Shown piece by piece: positions 1 through 9,492 of a stretch of DNA of 64,000 nt (its first letter is position 1; each line of letters begins with the position of its first letter). Source of the DNA: Candidatus Borrarchaeum weybense (GTDB taxonomy: Archaea > Asgardarchaeota > Sifarchaeia > Borrarchaeales > Borrarchaeaceae); assembly GCA_019057385.1 (NCBI GenBank), contig JAHQJS010000004.1, positions 544,001-608,000 on the forward strand, written 5' to 3'. Made by a program: the position numbers and the translations under genes. The notes under the pieces were generated by a model. That model was not told where the DNA came from. It searched no databases and saw only the letters and a list, made by a program, of their open reading frames with translations.

Positions 1-639
1 AAAGGCAAGCATGATTTTTCTTGCTTTTAACTCCCTTGCCTTTTGATTGATTTCTTTGAGCTCGCTATCAGTGAATTGATACAGGGTGTGGCGCCCCTTT
101 CCGAAGAGTCTTGAGTACAACACATCTGACTCTCTTAAGGGAGATTGTCTAGAGAGATCTACACAATGGACGATATTGTAATCCTCCATAATTTTGACTA
201 CTTCTCTATCACTTTTTGCCTCTAGACTTCTAGGTTCCCAGACTAATCTTACTCCAGCGGTATCTACTGTTGAAAAGAAGTCTCGAATAACTTCAATTCT
301 TCGACTGGTAAATTCCAGTTGCGGAGGTGTCAAAATGTGCAGATATGCAGATCGAAGCAAACGGCAGATTTCAATCATTCTATTAAAGTTAGTTATAGCT
401 TCAGGAACAGATCTGAGCAAATGCTGATGGGTTATACTCCTGTGACACCGCACCGAAAACTCAAAGCCTTCAGGCACGCGTTTTCTCCACGATTTTACCA
501 ATTCAATAGACGGAAATTCATAGAAAGTCGAATTAATCTCTACATAATCGAATGCCTTTGAATACGCGCTAAGACTATCCATTCCCATTCCTGACACGGT
601 AAAATAAGCCCATCCACCTGTTCCTATTCGGATTTCCAT
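1..639 (-). CDS. DUF72 family protein (3'-partial; absent from the ORF track)
   Basis: Hand translation from ATG at 639 is stop-free to the window edge: MEIRIGTGGWAYF...SAYSKAFDYVEINSTFY...WEPR...YSRLFGKG. The IGTxGW and VEINSTFY motifs are typical of DUF72. Confidence 0.9.
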   Translation of the reverse strand, partial: MEIRIGTGGWAYFTVSGMGMDSLSAYSKAFDYVEINSTFYEFPSIELVKSWRKRVPEGFEFSVRCHRSITHQHLLRSVPEAITNFNRMIEICRLLRSAYLHILTPPQLEFTSRRIEVIRDFFSTVDTAGVRLVWEPRSLEAKSDREVVKIMEDYNIVHCVDLSRQSPLRESDVLYSRLFGKGRHTLYQFTDSELKEINQKARELKARKIMLAF

Positions 640-671
640 AAAGATTATTATCTTTTATGGATCTTATAAGA
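636..671. promoter_or_regulatory. Candidate bidirectional promoter/operator between the divergent DUF72 genes
   Basis: Imperfect inverted repeat CCATAAAGAT(636-645)/ATCTTTTATGG(650-660) and palindromic TATA-like TCTTATAAGA (662-671), within and overlapping the 48-bp gap. Confidence 0.4.
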
Positions 672-687
672 CTATGGAGGGTAATCT

Positions 688-1881
688 TTGACACAATTTC
701 TTTTTGGGTGTTCAGGCTGGAGTTATGATGAATGGACGGGGTCCTTTTATTTAGATAAAGGCAAAAGTAAATTGTCCGCTTATTCCAGCATTTTTAGTAC
801 AGTGGAAATTAATTCCACGTTTTATGCATATCCCAAAAAGGAGATCGTTATAGGATGGTTACGTTACTCCCCTGAAAACTTCATATTTTGTGCAAAACTT
901 CCAGGACAAATAACTCACGACAAGGAACTTCTGGTTAGCAAAGGAGTTGAGGAAGATCTTAACCAATTTCTACAACTTATGCAACCACTTGCTGACGGAG
1001 GTAAACTGGGCTGTCTCCTGGTTCAATTGCCACCAAGGCTGAAATTTAATTCCAATAAAGTTGAAGCGTTTTATGCGATCCTTCCGAGCGAGCAATTTCA
1101 TTTTGCCATTGAATTCAGAAACAAAACCTGGCTTAGTGACAAATCCTTTGAACTGCTCAAAAAATACAACCTTGCTTATACTATAATCGATGAGCCGCAC
1201 CTACCTCCCGACGTTGAAATCACCACAAACTTCGCCTATTTTCGCTGGCATGGAAGAGGAAAGAAACCTTGGTATAATTATCATTACAGCGAAGATGAAC
1301 TTAAAGAATGGGTACCTAGGATTCAGGAAGCACAGGAAAGCGCAAATACAGTATATGGCTATTTTAACAACCACTATCATGGTTATGCACCTGAAAACTG
1401 CTTGGATATCTTAGACATGCTGGGTATTGCAACTTCTGTACAGCAGAAAACTAGAGGACGAATAAAACAATTCCGAAAAACACCCCCTAAACCACAACCA
1501 AAGGCGAAAACTCTGTTTGACTTCATCGAGGATGCACCAAAAGAGATTGTTAAGAAAAAGAGGAAGGAAACTACCGAATCCTTGTTAAGGTTATTTGCTG
1601 ATGAAGGGCGTATTCTCAATGGAAGGGTAATGAAAAATGATGAACTAAAAGATTTGAAGATAGAAAAACAACGAATCTCAACTAATATTAGAGATTATAC
1701 AATATTGATCGATGAAGAAAAACAACGAATCTTCCACAATTGTGGTGATTGGAAACGTCGAAAACAAAGCAAGAAGTTCTGCAAGCATCTTGTAAGATTA
1801 TTTCTTTCTTTATCTAAATTAAGATCAAAGTTATTGCTGAAAAACATTTCAGAGAATCTCGAAGATTGGACATTCGAGTAA
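688..1881 (+). CDS. DUF72 family protein with C-terminal SWIM-type zinc finger
   Basis: GCSGWSY, VEINSTFY, LVQLPP, EFR, RWHG and YFNNH motifs; C-terminal HNC...CKH. GGAGG precedes the TTG start. Confidence 0.9.
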   Translation: MTQFLFGCSGWSYDEWTGSFYLDKGKSKLSAYSSIFSTVEINSTFYAYPKKEIVIGWLRYSPENFIFCAKLPGQITHDKELLVSKGVEEDLNQFLQLMQPLADGGKLGCLLVQLPPRLKFNSNKVEAFYAILPSEQFHFAIEFRNKTWLSDKSFELLKKYNLAYTIIDEPHLPPDVEITTNFAYFRWHGRGKKPWYNYHYSEDELKEWVPRIQEAQESANTVYGYFNNHYHGYAPENCLDILDMLGIATSVQQKTRGRIKQFRKTPPKPQPKAKTLFDFIEDAPKEIVKKKRKETTESLLRLFADEGRILNGRVMKNDELKDLKIEKQRISTNIRDYTILIDEEKQRIFHNCGDWKRRKQSKKFCKHLVRLFLSLSKLRSKLLLKNISENLEDWTFE

Positions 1882-1984
1882 TTGAATAAGTCGCCTAAAG
1901 ATTAATGTTTTAGTTCTCGCTATGAGTTTATCCAAGATTTCTTGTTTTCGGGCAATTTAAAAAAAACAAATTAAGATGGAGTAA

Positions 1985-2350
1985 GTGACATCCTCCCCAG
2001 CCTTTCGGATGGGGCTTCCAGCTTTCCATTGTAGTTCTCGCTCCCTCACGGGAGGCGACGCTTCGCCACTTTTCCTACAGTTATGGGCTTACGGAAGCCG
2101 TACCAGGTTGCACACGCTGCTCACCCTTATCCTGCCCCTTGTTTATCTGCCTGCAGGATGCTATTGATCTGTTACCTGCCTGCTTTGCAGGTTAGCACAC
2201 TGCACACCAAAAGGGGACTCTCTTGCCACGCTGGATAAGATCTCATGCACGGGCATCCTCACGTTTAGCCCTGTCACCTGCTGACTGGTCGCTTACAGGA
2301 GGATATACCTCCACCCAGTCGAGCATTACGGGTACACTTGCGGTACCATC
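1985..2350 (-). ncRNA. Large structured RNA (omegaRNA-like) inside the IS605-type ends
   Basis: Many helices: GGTAC/GTACC, GACTGG/CCAGTC, GGAGG/CCTCC, CTTATCC/GGATAAG, CCCCTT/AAGGGG, CCTGC/GCAGG, GGCTT/AAGCC, GGCGA/TCGCC, CTCCC-GTGA-GGGAG, TGTAG/CTACA and CC-GAAA-GG. An internal TATA-like TTTTTATA lies ~25 nt upstream. Confidence 0.6.
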
Positions 2351-2428
2351 TATAGGTTTCCAAAAAACTATAAAAAGACATCGGCTTTCATCCCCCAGCT
2401 GTCGAAAGGAGACTTTCCGCCGATAAAG
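1985..2428 (-). mobile_element. Non-autonomous IS200/IS605-type element (444 bp, no transposase or TnpB ORF)
   Basis: On the minus strand it reads TTTAA|CTTTATCGGCGGAAAGTCTCCTTTCGACAGCTGGGGGATGAAAGCCGA (left-end hairpin) ... GAAGCCCCATCCGAAAGGCTGGGGAGGATGTCAC| (right-end hairpin ending TCAC). GC is clearly higher than in the flanks. Confidence 0.75.
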
Positions 2429-2471
2429 TTAAATTCTTCTTCTCAATGAGTGTATCCACAATTTCTTGCTG

Positions 2472-3743
2472 TTAGGATGGAGTAATTAAAGGAAGCGTTT
2501 CTCCTCCAATAGGGAGCGTCCATACGCTTGCATCATTACCCATTCTTGAAAAAGCAAGATCTAGTGCGTCTTCCACGCTATCTGATGGGGTCATATTAAA
2601 AGGATCTTCTACTAATTCAGAGTCTAACTCTGAAACTAGAATTATATCTGCCTTCATCATCGTTTTCCGCATATAGTATGCTTTGTGCCCACCGAGTTTA
2701 AAATTAGTTTGCACTTGTTTACTTAGTTCCTCTAGAGTTTTATATTTATACATCCATTCTTCAAAGACTTTATGTCCTATACCATCTTTGCACGCTGCAA
2801 TTACCACTAATTGACCACCAGGTTTAACTATCGTCTGAGCCTGTTCAATCGCTTTTTGAGCTTGATAGAGGTTGATATCCTTTGGAAAGCCGCCTGAACT
2901 CACTAAGACGATATCGGCAGGTTTGTCTACGTAGATTTTGAACAATTCGTCTACTTTTTTTACACATTTATTGAAGGCGCTGACTATCCCACCAGTGGCA
3001 ACCTCGGCAACCTCCTTATTTGAATCGAGAACAACACTTACGCAAAAATCAACTTTAGCCTTTTCAGCAGCCTGTGTCATATCGACATGAATAACATTCC
3101 CGTCTAGGTTTCCTGTAACTGCATCTGGATGAATTAAATTTGAATGGTTTTTCTGAATGCTTTTTAAGCTTGAAATTCCAGGCAAAATGCTTTTTCGACC
3201 TCCTGTGTACCCTGCATAATAATGAAATGCAACATCTCCAATAGTAATTCGTTTATCTGCTTCAACAAACTTTCTATTTAGCTCCACAGGTGTCTGTAAA
3301 TGCGTCATTCCTAAATTGACTAAATCATCAGCTTGACAATTATGATTCTCTACTACAAAACGGCTAACTATGTCTTTACCCAATAACTCATCCATTTCCT
3401 TTCTAGTCACAGGACGATGACTACCAACTGCAATTAGTATCTCAATGTTTTCCTCTTTAATACCCAAATTATCAAGTCTATTTAGCAAAACAGGTAGGAT
3501 TTCTTTGCTTGGAGTGATTCTCGTGTTATCGTTGACTACTATACTTATTTTATCATTCCTATCGAAAAGCTTATCAAAACTTGATTTATCTACGGGATTA
3601 TTGATGGCGTTTTCATAACTAAGAATTGGTGTTGGATTTTCAATATTCGAATTTTTTTTACTCTCAATAACGCCCAAAGAGTTTTTGTCGCTTATATCTG
3701 TATAAATGGCTTCTTCTCCGTATTTTAGTTCTACTTCTACCAA
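2472..3743 (-). CDS. larA: LarA-family nickel-pincer lactate racemase/epimerase
   Basis: VNDNTR, AVGSHR, HYYAGYTGGRKSILPG, GGFPKDINLYQAQK motifs. Confidence 0.9.
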   Translation of the reverse strand: MVEVELKYGEEAIYTDISDKNSLGVIESKKNSNIENPTPILSYENAINNPVDKSSFDKLFDRNDKISIVVNDNTRITPSKEILPVLLNRLDNLGIKEENIEILIAVGSHRPVTRKEMDELLGKDIVSRFVVENHNCQADDLVNLGMTHLQTPVELNRKFVEADKRITIGDVAFHYYAGYTGGRKSILPGISSLKSIQKNHSNLIHPDAVTGNLDGNVIHVDMTQAAEKAKVDFCVSVVLDSNKEVAEVATGGIVSAFNKCVKKVDELFKIYVDKPADIVLVSSGGFPKDINLYQAQKAIEQAQTIVKPGGQLVVIAACKDGIGHKVFEEWMYKYKTLEELSKQVQTNFKLGGHKAYYMRKTMMKADIILVSELDSELVEDPFNMTPSDSVEDALDLAFSRMGNDASVWTLPIGGETLPLITPS

Positions 3744-3803
3744 TCAAATCGCCCACTAATCTTAGAGACGTCGCTTTTTAACTTTTTTGGTGGTTTACGA
3801 ACG

Positions 3804-4388
3804 TCAATGATTCTGATCTTTACTGTTTGTTATTATTTCCTCATCTTCAGGCGTTTTTGTTTCCCCAAACGGAATTGAGATTAATATAATTAGAAGGATA
3901 ACTGCTCCTATGATAAGAATTCCGTAGGGGCTTCCGGACACAGCAAGTGAAACATATCCTATGATTGGTACAGAAAGGATAACTTTCCCAATAACATTCT
4001 CCTGGGGAATCATGCCATTCCAACACTCACTGCCGCGCCAATAGTCGGCAGAAGGATTATTATCACCTTTGGTTCTAAAATATAATTTGCCGTCTTGACT
4101 GCGATACTGTATTTCTATGATCCGGTGCACAATGTCATATGATCTTGTAGAGACTTCAAAAACTATTACATCGTCTACTTGAAGTCTATCGCTTGGGATG
4201 TTTTGTAAAATAAGCAAATCTCCAACATTATAAGTTGGCCGCATACTTCCTGAAGAGACCGACCGAAGTGGACTTTCAGGATACGTCCCTAAACCTACCT
4301 CAAGTCCAATGAATATTGCATATGAGCCCACAACAGCTATGATTATAAAAACAACAGTTTCAATTATTTCTCTCTTATACTTTTTCAT
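3804..4388 (-). CDS. Signal peptidase I (archaeal/ER Sec11-like, S26)
   Basis: SGSMRPT, GDL, IVHR, TKGDNN motifs; N- and C-terminal TM helices. Confidence 0.92.
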   Translation of the reverse strand: MKKYKREIIETVVFIIIAVVGSYAIFIGLEVGLGTYPESPLRSVSSGSMRPTYNVGDLLILQNIPSDRLQVDDVIVFEVSTRSYDIVHRIIEIQYRSQDGKLYFRTKGDNNPSADYWRGSECWNGMIPQENVIGKVILSVPIIGYVSLAVSGSPYGILIIGAVILLIILISIPFGETKTPEDEEIITNSKDQNH

Positions 4389-4572
4389 AAAAACACCAAA
4401 CTTATACTATAAAGTTGTGGACCATCGCCTTTTTACAAAATCGTGTAATAGTTAAAAAACCTTTGGACAATAACATCAAAGCGTATATTTGAAGTCGATA
4501 TTATCGCGGGCGCAAAGATCTGATTAATTCAGTTTGTCAACTTCGATTGACTATAACTTATTTCGATCCTTC

Positions 4573-6093
4573 TTAAAAAACTCGATATAAGTCAGTATCA
4601 CCAAAAGTTCTTTCAAGTATACATTGTGACTCCAGAAATTCATGTAATTCTGGGCTGATTCCCCAGCCATATTTTAATTGAGGGTCGACAATAAGATAGT
4701 TAAGGTCATCTAACAGCGATTGATGAAGCGTATAATCTCCTTGACGTTCTGCGTTTTCAATAAGTGTTTGCGTATCATGAAAAACATGTTTTTTGGAGAG
4801 AAAATCTATTGCTGGGTTGCCAACTATCACAGCACCTTCCTCAACATACAAATCTAAGTATTCTGCTACTTGTTGTGGCTCATAATCTCCTTCCGAGGTG
4901 AATATGGCTCCCACGCTATTGAGGGTATCATAAAGTCCGATTAGAACGATGAGTCCTATCAATACTGATAATAGAATGCGTGGGTTGGCAAATAGTTCGC
5001 ATAGCAATCTCCTTTTGACGTGCCGATTAGAAGTGGCAAATCTGAATTGCATGGCAATATCGATAATAAAAACAGATGCGGCAATACTAAGAGGCAAGAA
5101 TAAAGGTGAAAGATATCTGAGAGGTAATTTGTTTGCAAATAGTAAAACTATAGTTGGTGCGAAAATCCAAGGGAAAAGAAGAAATGACTCTTTTCTTTTC
5201 TTCAAAAAGATCGAATAAATTAATCCGATAAAGCCAAAACCAAAAATTAATGGATTTGATCTAATTGAAAGGGCAAAATAATAAATGCCTTGTGCCTCAC
5301 CGCGTTGAGGTCTTAATAAATACATTCCAATCATTGTTTGGAGAACATCTGGATCAGATAAACGTGCAAATATGAGATATGGGCTAATGGTAATAATACA
5401 AACTACTAGTAAAATAATAAAACTACGTATCGACTGTTCTAGTTCCCTTTTTCCCTTTATAGCATTCAACAGTGTACTTACAAATATAATAAGAATAGCA
5501 AATGCTCCAGTTGCCTTTGTAAGAATTGCTAACCCAGCACAAATGCCTGCAAGGATAGTATATGCTTGTTTATTACTTCTGAAACTGACATAGCAGAAAA
5601 AGATTGAAAGAGCGATGAAAAAAGATTGTGTAGTATCCAATAGAGCAAGTCTATCAATTGAAAGTGCATATGCATCAATTGCGTATAAACCTGCAGCAAG
5701 TATTCCAACTTTTTCCTTATTTAATATGTCTTTACCGAATCTATAAGCAAGATAGCATGTCAATGAGCCAAAAATTGCCGAAACTGCACGTGCTTGGACG
5801 ATCCCACTCCCAAAAAGAGTAAATGAAATTGCAGTAAATATGAAAAACAATGGTAAATTCCAATAAGCTGGTCCAGCGAAACTGTGACTCCACCACATGA
5901 ATCTTCCATTCGCAGTATTTTCAGAAATGTCACAATAATTCCCCTCATCATAGCTGAATCGAGGTACACCCTCCAAATTCCAGAATCTTAAAAGAAGTGC
6001 AATTCCAATTATTATTACTACAATTATTTTTTCTAATGTTAACGTTCCTACATGTTTTTTGAGGATGTGAACTAGACGTTCCATTATGTACAT
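4573..6093 (-). CDS. GT-C fold glycosyltransferase (PMT/ArnT-like)
   Basis: LRFWNL...YDEG acidic motif, PLFF, multiple TM helices, GLAILTK and RYL motifs. Confidence 0.85.
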   Translation of the reverse strand: MYIMERLVHILKKHVGTLTLEKIIVVIIIGIALLLRFWNLEGVPRFSYDEGNYCDISENTANGRFMWWSHSFAGPAYWNLPLFFIFTAISFTLFGSGIVQARAVSAIFGSLTCYLAYRFGKDILNKEKVGILAAGLYAIDAYALSIDRLALLDTTQSFFIALSIFFCYVSFRSNKQAYTILAGICAGLAILTKATGAFAILIIFVSTLLNAIKGKRELEQSIRSFIILLVVCIITISPYLIFARLSDPDVLQTMIGMYLLRPQRGEAQGIYYFALSIRSNPLIFGFGFIGLIYSIFLKKRKESFLLFPWIFAPTIVLLFANKLPLRYLSPLFLPLSIAASVFIIDIAMQFRFATSNRHVKRRLLCELFANPRILLSVLIGLIVLIGLYDTLNSVGAIFTSEGDYEPQQVAEYLDLYVEEGAVIVGNPAIDFLSKKHVFHDTQTLIENAERQGDYTLHQSLLDDLNYLIVDPQLKYGWGISPELHEFLESQCILERTFGDTDLYRVF

Positions 6094-6094
6094 C

Positions 6095-6574
6095 TTACTC
6101 CTTTATTATTCGCCAATTTGGATACTTCAGCAATATACTACAACTAACAGTTCCAATAAAGAATAAAATTGCAAAAAAACACATTGGAAGCATTAGTAGA
6201 CTAATAATGAGGGGCAAGTCACCCGGTAGCACTTGGATATAAGACTTAGCGTAGTCTAATGTTATATAGATGAGATCTCCGATAATGCTTCCTAAAAATC
6301 CTAGCAACGCTAGGATGAAATAATCTTTGAAGAAAATATCATCCTGAATATCGTATACTCGGGCGTATCCACTTAAGAAACCGAATACTACTCCGCATAA
6401 GAGATATGCGAGAAATGCATTTGAATACATCTGTGTTATGTAAGTGATAAATGACTCCCATTGAATATTACTCCATAGAGTAATAATAATTCGTCCTATG
6501 ATTCTAATTATTATAATCATTAGAACTACTGAAGAAATATGCCTTAACGTTTCCTTAAGAGAAATAAATGCCAT
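6095..6574 (-). CDS. Hypothetical membrane protein (about 4 TM)
   Basis: Hydrophobic segments; abuts the downstream GT-C gene. Confidence 0.65.
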   Translation of the reverse strand: MAFISLKETLRHISSVVLMIIIIRIIGRIIITLWSNIQWESFITYITQMYSNAFLAYLLCGVVFGFLSGYARVYDIQDDIFFKDYFILALLGFLGSIIGDLIYITLDYAKSYIQVLPGDLPLIISLLMLPMCFFAILFFIGTVSCSILLKYPNWRIIKE

Positions 6575-6714
6575 TTCAGTTCATCTATAGAAATTTTCTC
6601 TTTAAAAAGAATTTCATCACATTTTGGTGTAACTATGGTCTTTTAGCTAAGCAAAGCGAAACATAAAAATATTTTCATGCTATAATTTCATCCCTCACCT
6701 GGAGGCAATTATAG

Positions 6715-8265
6715 GTGTTTCAGAATAAACTAAAGACCTTCAACCAAGAACACATCTATCTTCTTGCAGTAATAATACTTGCAGCGTTCATTCGTCTATG
6801 GAATCTGGAAAAAGTTCCGATCTTCTATGATGAAGGTCTATGGTGTTACTGGGGATTAAAGATCTTTCAAAGTGACTATTCGTTTTACAGCGTGTTTTAT
6901 ACCACCGTGGAATGGTCAAGAAAACCGTTCCTATCAGCTTTTCTTTATAGCCTATCCTATCATGTTTTTGGCATCAATTTATTTGCCGCTCGATTTATTT
7001 CAGCTATTTCAGGGATAGTTTCAGTGTTTATTCTGTGGAAACTAACCAAGGAATTGTATAATGAGTGGCTAACGGCTCTTATTTCTGCATTTCTCTTGAG
7101 CATTTCTATATTCCATGTCTGGTATAGTCGACTCGCAATGCAAGAAGCATTATTGACATTACTCGTAACAACATCAATTCTTGCATACTATATGGGCATT
7201 AAGCAGGAGAATGATGTCTTCCTACTGCTTGGAGGAGTGTTTCTTGGCCTTGCAATAAATACCAAGCAAAACGGTGCTATAGCCTTCATAATCATAGTTC
7301 TATTCCTCGTCATAAACCGAAACTATCGTTATGTATTCAAGAATAAATTTTTCTGGGCATCATTGGTAGTCGCTATAGTCATTCATTCTCCATATCTCTA
7401 TTGGGCATTTACACATAATTTTGACATTTATAGGTCACCAGGTAGGGTTGATGTTGATATTACAAGATTATTTTCAGCATCGGAAATCTATTTACGAATT
7501 ATTTATCTAGTTTCGTGGATTCAAGATTTTCTTGGATGGCCTTTACTCATTCTTACATTACTTTTCATCCCTGTATTGTGGTTACGCAGGAAGAATGATG
7601 ATACCCTAATCTTAATTTGGATTGCGGTAGTCCTCGTATCTTTCTGGCCTGCAGTCCGATTTTATCCTCGATATCTCATGCCTGCGGTTCCCAGTATCTA
7701 CATTGCAAGTAGTAGAGTAATTACAACTCTTATTGAGGAAGTGAAAAATCTTCGTACTACAAAACAGCGGCAAATTATTGTAAAGGGTTTAATACTACTT
7801 TTCGTCTTGATAACTGTCTTTGATACATCGACATATCTTTATGGAACATTAACACAGCCCTCTAAAGAAGAAAGGTTACCAAACGCTGTAAAACAGCAAT
7901 TCATTGAATCCAGTTCTTCTGGATATGGACTAGATGAGGCAGTACAATTCTTAGAAGAAAATGATTTCTCACAAAATACGGTTATTGTTACCCTTCCATA
8001 TTTCAAGTGGTCAATTGCCTTTTTAACAAAAGATTATTATCCAGCGATTTACGATATCACGCTAATTGATGGATACTTTGCTGGGGACACTGAGAGCAAA
8101 CCTATTATTGATGACAATGTGTGTGTTTTCATAATTCGAAATTATGAAGAGGAATATAATCGTTATAATTATTCTCGAATCAGCGAAATTCCGAATACTG
8201 ACTTAGAAAAGATAATTTACGTAGATGGTAGCCCAGAAGTCCACATTTTTGTAAAGAGTAAATAG
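6715..8265 (+). CDS. GT-C fold glycosyltransferase (PMT/ArnT-like)
   Basis: IRLWNL...FYDEG, KPFL, WYSR, GLAINTK and PRYL motifs; paralogous to 4573-6093. Confidence 0.85.
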   Translation: MFQNKLKTFNQEHIYLLAVIILAAFIRLWNLEKVPIFYDEGLWCYWGLKIFQSDYSFYSVFYTTVEWSRKPFLSAFLYSLSYHVFGINLFAARFISAISGIVSVFILWKLTKELYNEWLTALISAFLLSISIFHVWYSRLAMQEALLTLLVTTSILAYYMGIKQENDVFLLLGGVFLGLAINTKQNGAIAFIIIVLFLVINRNYRYVFKNKFFWASLVVAIVIHSPYLYWAFTHNFDIYRSPGRVDVDITRLFSASEIYLRIIYLVSWIQDFLGWPLLILTLLFIPVLWLRRKNDDTLILIWIAVVLVSFWPAVRFYPRYLMPAVPSIYIASSRVITTLIEEVKNLRTTKQRQIIVKGLILLFVLITVFDTSTYLYGTLTQPSKEERLPNAVKQQFIESSSSGYGLDEAVQFLEENDFSQNTVIVTLPYFKWSIAFLTKDYYPAIYDITLIDGYFAGDTESKPIIDDNVCVFIIRNYEEEYNRYNYSRISEIPNTDLEKIIYVDGSPEVHIFVKSK

Positions 8266-8310
8266 TGTTCTGAAATATCTTCAAACTGAGAATTCAATTC
8301 CCTAGAAATA

Positions 8311-9063
8311 TCAGAGGTGTATCACATCCAGATCGGATGGTACAATAATCTTACCATCGAAAAAAGTTCTTGCTTGCGCAATTAACGATGCTTTCTCCTT
8401 GAAATATTTCTCTGGCCAGTGTATTAACACCAACGCTTCTTTTATACCTGCCTTTTTTGCAAGCTTTCCTGCGTCTCCAGGAGTAGAATGTCCGTATTTA
8501 TGTGCCAACTCCTCCATTTCATTTGGAAATGAGGCTTCGTGAATCAGCACATCACAACCGCCTGACAGATTTTCAATTCTTTCATTTGGTCGCGTATCAC
8601 CAGAATAGCATATACATGATGCTTCAGCGTGAATCCGATACGCCATACTTTGTATTTGGTGATCTGACTCTATTGCAGATATAGCATCGTCAATCATGCT
8701 TCCTCCAATGATTTCGGTAAAATTTAAGTCAAATGTTAGAGCATGAAGAGGGGTATTCATCAATTCTAAAAGAGAAATGGTGAAGTCTTGAATTCCTTCA
8801 GGTCCTATTATTTCAAGCGGTAGTTTTCTTTCATTTTGCCACATCGTCCAGATCAAACCAGGGAGACCAGATACATGATCTTGATGAAAATGTGTAATAC
8901 AAATTCGTTTAATCTCGTTTAAATCATGGTTCATTTGTAATAACCGTTGTGTGACGCCTTCTCCAGCATCTAACAGCAAATCTGTATCAATAAGGATTGA
9001 AATGTTTACTCGATCCGCTGTTATCATACTTCCGCTTGTACCCAGAAATGTGATTTTCATCAA
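8311..9063 (-). CDS. RNase Z-like metallo-beta-lactamase fold hydrolase
   Basis: FLGTSG, DAGEG, THFHQDH, YSGDT, HEA, HST and IH motifs. Confidence 0.85.
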   Translation of the reverse strand: MMKITFLGTSGSMITADRVNISILIDTDLLLDAGEGVTQRLLQMNHDLNEIKRICITHFHQDHVSGLPGLIWTMWQNERKLPLEIIGPEGIQDFTISLLELMNTPLHALTFDLNFTEIIGGSMIDDAISAIESDHQIQSMAYRIHAEASCICYSGDTRPNERIENLSGGCDVLIHEASFPNEMEELAHKYGHSTPGDAGKLAKKAGIKEALVLIHWPEKYFKEKASLIAQARTFFDGKIIVPSDLDVIHL

Positions 9064-9492
9064 ATCACCTCAAGGAGATTGCTTCTCTTTGAAGGGAGAA
9101 GAATTATTAATTTAAATACTTTGCCAACATTTACTTGTAGGCAGTCTGTATGTTATGGAAAAACCAAGATTAGAAAACGTTAGGTTACCGGTTGAAATAC
9201 GACTCTCGTTTTAATTTATTTAGCTGGTCTTTTCTTGAGAAACATAATAACTCAAAATCTTGACAGTCTTATACATGAAAAGTATAAATGTGAAATATTT
9301 GCATATATACATTGATACGAGAGTACAAGAAAAACGTAATATTCTTGGGAGTAAAAATATCGCTTTAGGAGCGTAACGGGGAAACTTATAACATATTTGG
9401 GAGGGCGAAAGCACAAGCCAAGATACTACAAATAGAACCTTATTCTTTCAAGTACATCCTATTTAACTGTCAGATCTATGAGGATTTAAGAC

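Noticed and set aside
194-561. Plus-strand ORFs 194-427 and 319-561, and the many similar short overlapping ORFs across the window
   Set aside because: They are antisense or alternate-frame shadows of well-supported genes.
1985-2350. Group I intron (IStron) interpretation of the large RNA
   Set aside because: A pseudoknot is possible, but I could not find the conserved P7 (R/S) sequences; an Infernal search is needed to exclude it fully.
1985-2426. Short ORFs 1985-2167 and 2223-2426
   Set aside because: No RBS or protein motifs; they are chance ORFs on the antisense of a GC-rich structured element.
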